This document shows positions 1 to 10,825 of a stretch of 64,000 bases of DNA, piece by piece. The notes below the pieces were generated by a model. That model ran no database searches. It was not told the DNA's origin and worked only from the letters and a program-made list of their open reading frames with translations. The DNA is taken from assembly GCA_031835245.2 (NCBI GenBank), contig JAVKOQ020000102.1, positions 62,001 through 126,000 of the forward strand, read 5' to 3'. The translations under genes were made by a program, and so were the position numbers. Origin of the DNA: Balamuthia mandrillaris. Its lineage: Eukaryota. How positions within the stretch are numbered: position 1 is the first letter of the stretch; each line of letters opens with the position of its first letter.

Positions 1-194
1 GCGGAACCGTCTTTCCTGATCTGCTAAAGTGGTACACGAAGCTCAAGCTTCCTCCACCCGCAGTGGTTCACCTGAATTCCATGCCCCACGGCCAGAAGCT
101 GGCGATGTTCAAGGAGTCTCAGCTGTGGTTCTTGGACCCCTCTGCCCAGTATTGTCGTCCCCCACAGCAGCCGGTCATCCCCAAAAGTAGGTGA
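1..194 (+). CDS. 3' end of an unidentified gene (partial)
   Basis: Open, GC3-rich frame ...GTVFPDLLKWYTKLKLPPPAVVHLNSMPHGQKLAMFKESQLWFLDPSAQYCRPPQQPVIPKSR* with TGA at 192-194, followed by AT-rich sequence. Confidence 0.55.
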   Translation, partial: GTVFPDLLKWYTKLKLPPPAVVHLNSMPHGQKLAMFKESQLWFLDPSAQYCRPPQQPVIPKSR

Positions 195-398
195 GCTCCA
201 GGGAAAGACTCTTTATATTATTTTTTTTTTGTTTCTGTGCAAAGGTGGGAAGAAAGTGAAAACAAACAAAAAAAAAAAAGAGAGAGAGCCTCTTTGCATC
301 TGCCTTAAACACTATTGTAGCCTGTGGTTTTGTGCAGACATATAAGGGTCAAAAAATAAAAAAAAAATAATATATACAAAAGAAAAACAAAAAAAGAG

Positions 399-785
399 AT
401 GCCCTTGGACCACTTGGTGTTGTTGAAGCTGAAGGAAGGCACCTCCAAGGAGACGGTGAGCGCCATTATCGCTGGCGCTGCTTCCCTTAAAAATATCCCA
501 GGCGTTTTGGAGCTCACCATCGGTTTTTCCACCAGCTTAATCTTTTCTCAGTGGTTTATTTTTTGTTTAAATAAGTCTTACGGTTTTTTTTTTTAATGTC
601 TACACACAACAGGAGAGAACATCTCGCCAGGCCGAGCCAAAGGCCACCACATAGGCCTGCGCGTGACCATGGACTCTGAGGAGACCCTGCAAAACTACGG
701 CCCCTGCGAGATCCACCAAGCCTTCGTCAGCGAGTTCGTGAAGCCCAACGTGGATGACATCACCTGTGTCGACTTTCTTTTTTGA
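399..785 (+). CDS. Stress-responsive alpha/beta barrel (Dabb) protein, 2 exons
   Basis: MPLDHLVLLKLKEG...LKNIPGVLELTIG|ENISPGRAKGHHIGLRVTMDSEETLQNYGPCEIHQAFVSEFVKPNVDDITCVDF. One GT-AG intron at ~523-612. Classic Dabb pattern (H.V...K, IPG, G.N.SP, Y...H, VDF). Confidence 0.85.
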
Positions 786-1267
786 TCATCAAGGAATGGC
801 GGTATGTCCGGAATGTGAAGCATCCATTGGAATGCCGTCGTGTTGAATTAATTAATAATTACACGAAAAAAATGATTGAGATCTTCCCAAAAAAATCTCA
901 TATTTGCACAAAAACCAGATTTTAATTTCGGTTTCTCTGATAAATAAACCAGACAACTCTTTCCAATTGGTCATTGTACTGCTACAAGATATCCGATCTG
1001 CCGATCGCCGGCACCCTGACGACCCTCCGCTCAATCTCGTTGCCGATGGCAGGCTGGCGCAAAGAAATCGGCTGACTTTGGCATCGGCCTTCTGCCGCCG
1101 CACAACACATGTTTTGTGACCAAACACCGAATCGAACGGCAACAAAAGTCAAAACAGCAAAACCTCCGCCTCTCAATTTTGTCTTCTTCTTCCCTCCTTT
1201 TTTTTTTCCCCTTTGTTGACAATAAGCAATAACACAGCGTTAGCACACTCCCCACACGCACCACCAC

Positions 1268-1753
1268 ATGGACCTTCTTCCTACCATAGAGCTGGACGGC
1301 GATCGCATCAACGACCTGGACAGCTTCTTCGACGAGGTCACCGACAAGCTCCTCTCCTCCAACAGCAAGCCCTGGCCTCGCACCCTCGAAGCCTTTGACA
1401 AGCTCCTCGGCGGTCGCCGCTTCGCCAACACCCACAGCAACACCACCAACTCCAACAACAACGTCTACCAGTACCACTACAACAGCGCCATCCCGCGGCA
1501 GGGCGTCTGGCGGCTGCGCTGGCTCAACTCCAAGCGCTCCCAGAAGCAGCTGGGCTATGCCGCCACGGTGCGTTGGCTGGAGGGGCGCCTGGCCGAGATG
1601 CACCCCTCCAACAGGGAGCTGTGGCAGGGTCGGCTCCAGGCCGCCAAGAACGGGAAGGGCGACACGCTCTTTGACCAGCTGGTGAACATGATCAGGCAGC
1701 ACGCCCCGTTGGTGGAGATCTCGGACGAGGGAGTCATCCTGGAGCTTGCCTGA
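1268..1753 (+). CDS. Barstar-family (ribonuclease inhibitor-like) protein, intronless
   Basis: IELDGDRINDLDSFFDEV...WPRTLEAFDKLLGG...LRWLNSKRSQKQLGYAATVRWLEGRLAEMHPSNR...GKGDTLFDQLVNMIRQH resembles the long bacterial barstar subfamily (WGRNLDAFNDIL...HPSNR...GPTLFD.LVEII). Confidence 0.75.
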   Translation: MDLLPTIELDGDRINDLDSFFDEVTDKLLSSNSKPWPRTLEAFDKLLGGRRFANTHSNTTNSNNNVYQYHYNSAIPRQGVWRLRWLNSKRSQKQLGYAATVRWLEGRLAEMHPSNRELWQGRLQAAKNGKGDTLFDQLVNMIRQHAPLVEISDEGVILELA

Positions 1754-2044
1754 AGGAGGAGATAGTTAGAAGACATGAGAGCGAGTGGGACACACACGTG
1801 AAAAGGAACGCTGTTCACTTTCCTTTGTTCTTGTTTTGTTTTTGTTAGAGAAGAAGAAACGCCTTTTAGAAAAAGCATTGGCTTCTATCGTACTATCCAT
1901 ATTTTTTTTGACATGAATGAACAGCAAGCTGAACGCCGCATATATATTATTATTTTCATTTTTTAAATAAAAAGCCTAGTCTGTGTGGAATACAGAGCAG
2001 CTGTATCTCAGTGCTCTGTGAGATACAGCGGAGGCCTATGCTCC

Positions 2045-2090
<46 letters not shown>

Positions 2091-2572
2091 CATGGCGAAA
2101 GTGAGGTAAGGATAAAATTTTGTGATAATTGACGATAATATTCTAATTAAGGAAAACATGACAGGATAAATCATGAATATCGGATAATTCCTAACCGGTA
2201 GAAAGGGCGTTAACCAAGTACTCCTCACCGATCTGTCCAGCCAGGTTGCGAGTAACAAAAGCAAGAAAACCTGGACAGATCCCGCCCACGAGCGTTCCGG
2301 TAGTTTCGACGATAATTATAGCCTAAATAGAAGATTGTTTATTGTTTTCGTTAAGGCTGTTTGTTCCCTTCAACAACAAAAGGGCCTTGAGCCAAACGGA
2401 CCGAAAGAGATTAAAACAAAAGAAGCGGCTCTGATTCTCTCTTTGATCTTTTTTTTTTGTTTTCTGCGATATTTGTAACACGAAGAAGAAGAAGAAGAAA
2501 AAGAAAAAGAAGATATAAAGCTTTTCTTTTGTTCTTTTTCAACAGTTTGCGGTTCGTTAACGACCGACGAAA

Positions 2573-2956
2573 ATGACGGAAGAGGCCGAAACGTTGGCTT
2601 CTGTTGTCGTGAGTACCTTTTTTTTGTTTTGTTTTGTTTTGTTTTGTTTTACTTTTGCTCATAATACCGGTCTTTTCTCTGGGGAATCTATCTCTCCATA
2701 GGTTACCTATGGACCTTCGGGCGTCGAATACAAGTTTCAACTGGCGTTAAACAACTCTGTCGATGATGTCAAGGTCTATATTATTGTTGTTGTCTCTTTT
2801 TTTCATTTTCGTTTTCGTTAACGCTTCCCTTAATTTTTGTATATGACAGAGTCTATTGGCGAAGGAGCTGCCAGAGCAGGGTGCTTCTATAAATGAAGCC
2901 GTGCTTACTATGGCTGGCGTATTTTTCTTCTTTCGTTTTCTCATTCTCTCATTCTC

Positions 2957-3000
<44 letters not shown>

Positions 3001-4115
3001 CTTCTCTCATTTCGCTTCGTTCTCTCATTCTCTTTCTTCTCTCTGTTTGTTCTCTTGTTCTTCTTCTTGTTTTTCTTGTTCTTCTTCTTCTTGGTCTCTT
3101 CTTCTTGTTCTTCTTCTTGTTCTTCTTCTTGTTCTTCTTCTTGTTCTTCTTCTTGTTCTTCTTCTTGTTCTTCTTCTTCTTGTTCTTCTTCTTCTTCTTC
3201 TTCTTCTTGTTCTTCTTCTTCTTCTTCTTCTTCTTCTTCTTCTTCTTCTTCTTCTTCTTCTTCTTCTTCTTTCTCTCTCTTACTATCTTGCTTTGTTAAC
3301 ATACTCCAAACCTCAAAATAAAGCTTCACGAAAGACTGGAACGACTCAAAGACAAAGAAGAAAAGATGGAGATCTTGGAGGAAGAACTGGTCGCTCGCGA
3401 AGCCTTCGTCTCCGGCCTGGAGCACTACGAGGAAAGAAAGAAGGAGCTGCAGGAGAAAGAGGAGCACCTCAAGAAATGGGAGTACCAGCTGAAGGAGGAG
3501 AAGGCCAAGCGGTTGGGTTTAACGGTGGAGCGATTGGACGAGTTGAACGGGCTGAGCGAGGCAACGGTGAGGAGGATGCAGAGCATGGTGCGCCGATGGA
3601 AGCTGCGCTATACCTTCAGGAAAGCAGGTTGGCACATGTTCTTTGTTGCTCTTTGGTTTGGTTCGTTACTTAACCAATATATAGTGATCGAATGGAAGGA
3701 GTCGAAAGTGGAGGATGCGTTGTTGATGCGAAGACGTGCCGCTGCTTTGAAGGAGATCGTCGAGTCTGAAGGCGTTTACATGAAGAACCTCAAAACCTTT
3801 GTAAAGGTATCGTCGTCTTCCAAACTCTTGTTTTGTTGTTCTCTCTTCTTTTTCCTGCTCTCTTCTCCTCCATGTATCCTTCTTTTCTCAAACAAAAACA
3901 TCATACAAAAGGAATATGTAATACCTATCAAAGAGAAAGGGCTAATGACGCCAGAAGAACAAGCCACCGTCTTCTCAAGCGTTCATGATATCCTAGCCTT
4001 GACTCGCGACTTTTACGCTCAACTCAAGCAGCGTTTCTCTCAATGGCCAGAAGTCCATACTTTCGGGCAATTGTTTATCGAATGGGTCCTTATTCTCACC
4101 CTTTATCCCTTGCTT

Positions 4116-4150
<35 letters not shown>

Positions 4151-4458
4151 TCTCTCTCTCTCTCCCTCTCTCCCTCTCCCTCTCGCTCTCCCTCACCGGT
4201 TTCTTTTTTTGTTTTATCACAAAAGGCTCCATCAATGAAAACCTATAGAGGTTATATAGAGAACTTTGATGCAGGTTCCCAGTTTGTAGAATACTTACGC
4301 ACCGAGAAAGGCAGAAAGGAACGTGAAGAACTTGTTGACTTCTTAAACGTACATTTGCTTTCTTTTATATTGCTCAATTATTTCGTTTTATCTCAATCTA
4401 AACTCTCTCTCCCCCCCTCTCGATCTCTCTCTCGCTCTCTCTGTCTCTTTCTGTCTCG

Positions 4459-4504
<46 letters not shown>

Positions 4505-5088
4505 GCATGCTTCAATCAAAACCAGTCAAGACCTTAGTTCTTATCTCATCATGCCTGTTCAGAGGCTTCCTCGTTATCAGATCCTTTTAAAAGTGAGTTC
4601 TTTGCTTTTCGTCTCGTGTCTCTATTGTAAATTCTTGTCTTTTCTTGCTTTATCCTTTGCTCAGCATTTGTTTCATAACAAACATAGGAACTGTTAAAAC
4701 ATACAGTGGAAGAGCATGTGGACTATCAAAACTTGAACACAGCTCTCGACCTCATCAAGGAGATCAATAATTTCATGAATCAGGCCAAAAAGGAGTCCGA
4801 CACGCTCAAAGAGATAGAAGAAATAGAGCAAGAACAAGGCTCGCACATCAAACACAGACACTTTGGTCAAGCACTCAGCGGAAAGGGTTTGTTATCCTCT
4901 TTCTTCTTCCTCCGTTCCATATACATTCTAACATTGAGATAAATAGGGACGGCAGGCATCAAACTTGCTCTTCGACACGTGAAGAAGGACAGAACGCTTC
5001 AAAGAGGTGCCACTACCGCCAGTCTCTTCCAAAGTTCTGGCAAACAAATCGAACTTCAGAGCATTCTAACAGTTCATCTCTCCCTCCG

Positions 5089-5144
<56 letters not shown>

Positions 5145-6970
5145 TACTTGTTTTTCAAACAAATAGAGAATGAAGCTTCAATCCACTCTCAAGTGCAAAG
5201 GCAAGCTAAAGGTATCGGTGTCATCTGGCCGTCACCTGTTGCCGCTGGATTTAGGTATTGTTGATTCTGTTGTTCTTGTTAATATGATATTGGTTGATAT
5301 GGATAAATGGACGACAAACAAAAGGTGGTACATCGGATCCATATGCAACAATAACTTTGGGTGATGTGACCTTCAAGACAAAAGTCGTACCCAAAACGTT
5401 GGAACCCAAATGGCAGCAAACTTTTGTCTTGTAAGTCGTTGTCGTTTTGTTCTTGTTCTGCTGGATGTTCTAATTCCTGTTCTTCTTCTATTCATTAGTA
5501 CTGTCGATAATGCTTCTCAACTGCTTCGCTTTGAGTGTTGGGACTGGAATCGACTCATCAGCGATGATTGTACGCACCCTTTCAATCCCTCTTTTCTCTT
5601 TTCTTTTCCATCTTCATGCTCCTAAACTTCTCTTCTTTTTGTTAGTTATCGGCAAAGTGGAAATAGCTTTAGACACCATTCTAAGAGACCAAGACAAAGA
5701 CAAACCCAAATGGTATGCTCTCTCCACGGATGCTGAGGCGCATAGCACTCATCACCAACTGCACGGCGATTCCTTCTTGGGAGAATTGGAGCTGAGCTTC
5801 GAGTTTGTGGGAGAGATGGAAGAAATGACGGAGGAAGAGAAGACGGCGGCCATGAAAGCATTGTTGGAGCAGCAACGTCAACAACAGCAAAAGAAGAGTC
5901 CAACTTCTCCCAAACTTAGTATGTTGCGAAGTGGCTCGTTGTTGGAAGACGACGAAGAAAAGAAGAAGGAGAAGAAGGAAAAGAAAGAAAAGAAGGAGAA
6001 GAAGGAGAAGAAGGAGAAGAACGAGGAAAAAGCCGAGAAGGACCAGAACGGAGAGAACCACCCATCAGAGGAAGATCATCATCCTAAAACTGAAGACAAG
6101 AAAGAGAATGAAAAGGAGAAAGACAAAACGAAAGAAGGAAAGGAAAAGAAACAGGCTCGAAAGAATACAGCAGAGAGTGTGTTATCTCCTCGACACAAGT
6201 CTCGTTCTGGCAGCTCCTTTAAGAAATGGAGACACACCGTCACAGGTGTTGCCAGCGGCGACGGAGAAACAGGAGGAGAAGGCGGAGTGACGCCTCCTTC
6301 TTCAGGCAGTCCTTATGCTGGACGTCGTTCTCGCAAGGATAGAGAAGAGGACAAAGAGAGAGACACCCTCCCAAGGCAATCCACCTACGAAGGCAGTTTA
6401 CGTAAAGGAAAGCGAGCCAGAGAAAGGGAGGAAGTACGAGACGAAGGACAAGAAGCAATGAGCAGGTCGGCAACGCTGATAAAAGAAAGTGAAGCGTCAG
6501 GAAGCGGCGTTATCGGCAAAGTGAAAAGAAGGAACAGCGGACGTTCTTCCGGGACGTTGAGAAGAAAGAAGGAGAAAAAGGAGAAGAAAGACAAGAAAGA
6601 GAAGAGCCGACGAGAAAAGAAAGAGAAGGACAAGAAGGATAAGAAAGAGGAGAAGGAGGAAAAAAAAGAGGAGAAAGACAAGAAGAAGGAAAAGAAAGAA
6701 GCTAAAGAAAAAGTGAAGAAGCTGGAGAAGAAGGACGCAAAGAAGGAACAGAAGGAAATAAGCGAAGCAAAAGAAAAGCCAGAGGAAGAAGATGAGTGGG
6801 ACTTTTCCCCACGAACGGCCGCTGAAAGGGAAGCCAAGGCCGCCAAAGAGACTGCCAAAAAGACAATCAACCACAGTAACTCAGAAAAAGAAGAACAGCG
6901 AACTGAACAGAAGGAAGCTTCCTCATCCTCAGCTCCAGAGAGCGAGGAGGAAGCCAAAGGTCTCTCTCTT

Positions 6971-7006
<36 letters not shown>

Positions 7007-7100
7007 TCCCTCTCCCTCTCCCTCTCCCTCTCCCTCTCTCCCTCTCCCTCTCCCCTCTCCCTCTCCCTCTCCCTCTCTCCCTCCCTCTCCCTCTCCCTCT

Positions 7101-7144
<44 letters not shown>

Positions 7145-7573
7145 CTCCTTTGACGAAACTCATCATATAAAGCATTACCAGTGACAAGATCAACAAAGCA
7201 TTTGACGCTGGACGAGTTGAACCAAATGCTGAGAGAGAAGCGAAAGCAAGCCAGAAAGGGCAAAATCGCTCCCAACAATACTCTCGAGGCTGCTGCTGAC
7301 CTGTGCGTCTCTCTCGTTCCCTCTTATCTCTTTTTCGTTTTTCCCTTCTGACTCGGCAAAATAAATAACAGGAATGGTGAGAAGGGAGGACTGAGCAATG
7401 GTTTGAGCAATGGAAGCGACAAAAAGGAACAGAGTTTGGCCCTCAAGGTAAAGGAACGTTTGGCTGCCGAGTGCGCTTCCTCTTCCTCCAGCGACGAAGA
7501 TGACAAGGACGAACAAATCAGCACTCCAAAAGCGACAGCATCAACTAACACGAAGAAAGACAAACACAAATAA
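2573..7573 (+). CDS. RhoGEF (DH domain) + C2 domain protein with long charged C-terminal tail, multi-exon
   Basis: DH motifs [13 protein letters not shown] and [26 protein letters not shown]...HVDYQNL. C2 motifs [46 protein letters not shown]. Start ATG 2573 is inferred from splice-compatible small exons; stop TAA 7571-7573. Confidence 0.85.
3030..3275. repeat. Intronic (CTT)n/(CTTGTT)n microsatellite
   Basis: Direct reading; lies in a RhoGEF intron. Confidence 0.95.
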
Positions 7574-8388
7574 GCACCGCTTTTAGTATTTGAGTCTTTT
7601 GTTTTGTTGTAAACATTTCTTTCTGCCACGACCTCATGCACCTGTGCAACCATTCTTGTTCTTCTCTTCTCTTTTCTTCTTCTTGTCGTTCGTTGCTCCC
7701 ACAAGTCTTCTGTAGACATCAACAAAGAATAGACTAAAGAGCTCATCAATAGCGAATATAGCGGATTTTCGGAAGGAGTGCCCTCTTTTTACTTTGGTTT
7801 TTTTCGTCGCCAAAGCCGCCAACCCCAAAAACCTGAAGGGTGTGGGTTGAAGGGCGGGAAGACATTGCATTTCTAAAGGAGGAAGAATTGGGCGTAAGGA
7901 ATTTGCGAAGAGGGAATCCTTTGCTATAGGAACAGAGCGAAAGAAGAAAATGGATGAAGCCACGAATGCAACAGCGGTCTTTATCCCTACCGACGATGGT
8001 TCTCTTCCTTGTAAAACCCGAAGGTGCCTTTCCTCCTCTTTTACTCTTGCTTTGCTTTTTTGTTCACAAAAAGAAACTACCCAAAAAAACCAACTTTTTG
8101 CGGAGAGAAGACAGTTTGAGTTGGATCAATACTATGACCACATCCAACCGCACACGTTTGACACTCGCATCGTTGCCTTCTCTCTGGAAGAGGCCAAGGC
8201 GTGGCGGGAGTACAATCGCGGAGCGGCGGAAGGAGGAGGGCTTGTTGGCAGGCTTGAAGGCCCGGCTGGAGGAGGCCATCCATCCCGTTCCCCCTCTCCA
8301 CAAAGATGCGGTGGACAAGGACGAGGAGGCTCTTAGGCTGCTTCTAGTGGAAGCCTTGCGAAGCAGCAGGTTGGTGCAACTGTCTTGT
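7375..8388 (+). repeat. Direct duplication, copy 1 (RhoGEF last exon + intergenic + 5' part of the R2K gene)
   Basis: Begins tggtgagaagggaggactgagcaatgg and ends ...caactgtcttgt. Near-identical to 10826-11916 except for a diverged intergenic middle. Confidence 0.95.
7950..8388 (+). pseudogene. Truncated, frameshifted copy of the Cdc123/R2K ATP-grasp gene at 11398
   Basis: Same MDEATNATAVF start. An 11-nt deletion after gcggcgga shifts the frame, the FVRLSTRSP segment is replaced by a 21-nt inversion, and homology stops just inside intron 2. Confidence 0.9.
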
Positions 8389-8418
8389 AAATAAACTCAG
8401 ACTCTCTTCCCTCACTCC

Positions 8419-8479
<61 letters not shown>

Positions 8480-9103
8480 CCTCCAATCACAGCTCTTCTG
8501 ACTTCTCTCTTCTCTCAACTTTCCGGGATTAAGGGCCTGGTAGTTCTCCCCCTCTGTTGTGTGCCCCTGCTCATGGATACCTTTTTGGCATGGGCGGCGC
8601 TCTGTCTCCTGCTTCTCCTTCCCTGGCTGGAGCACGGCGTTCTTTCTCCTTTCTCTCTTTCCCTGCACTTGGTGAAATTAAAAGCTGCCGATTGGCCAAA
8701 AATAAGAATTCCGGAAGCATGTGACTTTCGTTGTCCTTTTTTCACAATTTACCCGCGCACGTGCCGAACACGGTTTTCTCACAAAAGGAAATGGTAATTT
8801 TAATAACCTATTAATTAATAGGTGTTGGTCAAACCCTTTCTGTTTCTAGCTTGAATTTTATTGGTAGACCAGTCTTTTCTTCCAAATAAAGTCAAGGAGC
8901 ACAGGTGGGTCAGGGAAACGACTGTTCATCGACAGTGTTCGGCCTTCCTAATATCGAGTGTTCCGATCAACGGCCAGAGGGTTCCAATCTTCATTAACCA
9001 GTTACTTCTCGGGGACGATAACCAACGGACAAAGGACAAAGTCCCTTTTTGTTTGTTTACACTCACTCGCACACACACACACACACATACACACACACGA
9101 CTA

Positions 9104-10432
9104 ATGGATGTGTTAAAAGGCGTTGCCAGCGGTGATGACAACTGTTCGACTGCCGGAGAGGTTGGACCGATGACGGCGTCGAAAGCGGCAGCAATGGCGA
9201 GCATATTTCCTCCAATCGATAGTGTCGAGGCCTACCGCGAACGCCGCCTCTATTGGGAGCGCTATGTGAATGAGGGCACGCGAACGTACAGCAAAATTTC
9301 CATGTACTCGGAGTTGCAGCCCAAGTATCGCAACAATAGTGACGCGAACAGCTTCCCCCTACTCTGCTATAAGGTGCCACGAGAGGACGTCAACGTCCAT
9401 CTCGTTGATCCATGTAATGCAGTGAAGACGGATTTTCTTCTTGACGGAGGCCAGTACGTGAAGTTTTGTCTCCATCCACAGTTTGAGCACGCTGGTGGTG
9501 AGTTTGACGACCTCAAACCCTATGAGCGACTCGAGGACGAACCAGTGGCACCAACGTCTTCCTCGCGTACACTCTATCCGTTTAACAAGGAATACGATAT
9601 CAAGGTGCACTGTCCGGTGCGTCTCTCGAGATACAACCGTGGCATTGGAGACAAAATGGCTCGTCACTACTTGGAGACGACACGTGCTCTCGCGACTGTC
9701 AATCTACCATTCTTCGCCTACATGGCGGAGACGCTTGCAGTTATATTCCCTGCGAAAGAGGGCAAGCGGAGCCACGGCTACGTGGTTCGCGAGCGGGATC
9801 CACTTCCCCGAATCGGGGGCAAGCCGCGACTCCTTATGCCCTGCTTTGCCCTCTATTCAAAAGACAAGTTCCATCCGGAGAAACGCCCACTCGTGATGGA
9901 CCTCATCGAGATGTCAGGCATGGAACCGTTGGATTTCATCCTCTCTAAGGTCTTCTATCCTGTCATTGAAAGTTGGACGCACATATTCCTCACGCAGGCA
10001 ATCGTCATCGAGCCACACGGGCAAAACCTGCTCCTTGAGATTGGCACCTGGCGCATCGTCCTGCGTGACTTTGACATTCACGTCCACGAGGGCCTGCGAA
10101 AGCAACTGGGCCTTCCACTGGGCGATTTTCATCCTGGCAATCTCTTTGGCGAGCCAACGGAGGATCGACCGTTTGGAAGCATCCCGAGTCTCTACTACGA
10201 CAAGTCTGTCGGCAAGCAATTTTTCGATTACTTGGCCCTCACCATGCAGGAGCACTACGGCATTCCCGTTGAGTTGCTCCAGGAGAAATGCCGCACGTTT
10301 TTCAAGGAGAAATTCCCCAACTACAGAGACTACATGCCCGAGGGATGGTACGACATTGTCGAAGAGGAACTCAGGAGGAACGTCTGGAAAGTGGGAAAAG
10401 CAGACGGCCCGGCGCGTTGGAGACCGAACTGA
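9104..10432 (+). CDS. IucA/IucC-family NRPS-independent siderophore (NIS) synthetase-like protein, 442 aa, intronless
   Basis: Motifs FCLHPQ, PTSSSRTL, IKVHCPVRLSRYNR, EPHGQNLLL, IVLRDFD occur in the order expected for NIS synthetases. ATG 9104 is in frame with ORF 8861-10432. Confidence 0.8.
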   Translation: MDVLKGVASGDDNCSTAGEVGPMTASKAAAMASIFPPIDSVEAYRERRLYWERYVNEGTRTYSKISMYSELQPKYRNNSDANSFPLLCYKVPREDVNVHLVDPCNAVKTDFLLDGGQYVKFCLHPQFEHAGGEFDDLKPYERLEDEPVAPTSSSRTLYPFNKEYDIKVHCPVRLSRYNRGIGDKMARHYLETTRALATVNLPFFAYMAETLAVIFPAKEGKRSHGYVVRERDPLPRIGGKPRLLMPCFALYSKDKFHPEKRPLVMDLIEMSGMEPLDFILSKVFYPVIESWTHIFLTQAIVIEPHGQNLLLEIGTWRIVLRDFDIHVHEGLRKQLGLPLGDFHPGNLFGEPTEDRPFGSIPSLYYDKSVGKQFFDYLALTMQEHYGIPVELLQEKCRTFFKEKFPNYRDYMPEGWYDIVEEELRRNVWKVGKADGPARWRPN

Positions 10433-10565
10433 AGCGCTACCCCGCCGGACCAAGTTTTCCCAGTTCTACAATACTTTTAAAAAAAATATTCAAGTTTGTT
10501 GAGAAAAAAATATGTAACGGTGATCGCGTCCTCTTGTGTTTATTTATGAGAGGGGACACGTGCAT

Positions 10566-10798
10566 CACAGTGTGTACGCCTCGAGCTCGAGGTCATCGAA
10601 TGTGAAGTCTGCAAGTGAAGATGGCCAGCGGTCAGGAACAAGGGAGCACAGGAGAGGGATGGCATTAGCATTATTACCATCTATGGTTTGCCCTCACGAC
10701 AGGATGCGTAACTTCGGGAACGGAAAGGGTGCTCTTCGAAGCTGTACCTCGAGCCCGTTCACGTGGTTCAGGTAGCTGCGGGCATCGCCAATGGTGTC
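10566..10798 (-). pseudogene. Degenerate C-terminal fragment of thymidylate synthase with one intron
   Basis: Minus strand reads DTIGDARSYLNHVNGLEVQLRRAPFPFPKLRILS*GQTID|(intron 10677-10609, gtaata...ttgcag)|DFTFDDLELEAY, against TS consensus HTIGDAHIYLNH...QL.R.P.PFPKL.I...IDDF..EDFEL.GY. It has an in-frame stop. Confidence 0.8.
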
Positions 10799-10825
10799 AT
10801 ATCCGCCATCCCGTCTTTTAACGGT

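Noticed and set aside
2856..3467. Poly-F/L/S/E ORFs here and at 12.1-12.6, 31.4-31.6, 33.3-33.8 and 50.9-52.5 kb
   Set aside because: Stop-free translations of intronic CTT/GAA microsatellites, not proteins.
8477..8797. Short ORFs on both strands in the left part of the inserted cassette
   Set aside because: No recognisable motif or consistent frame; may be another gene relic but I cannot support a call.
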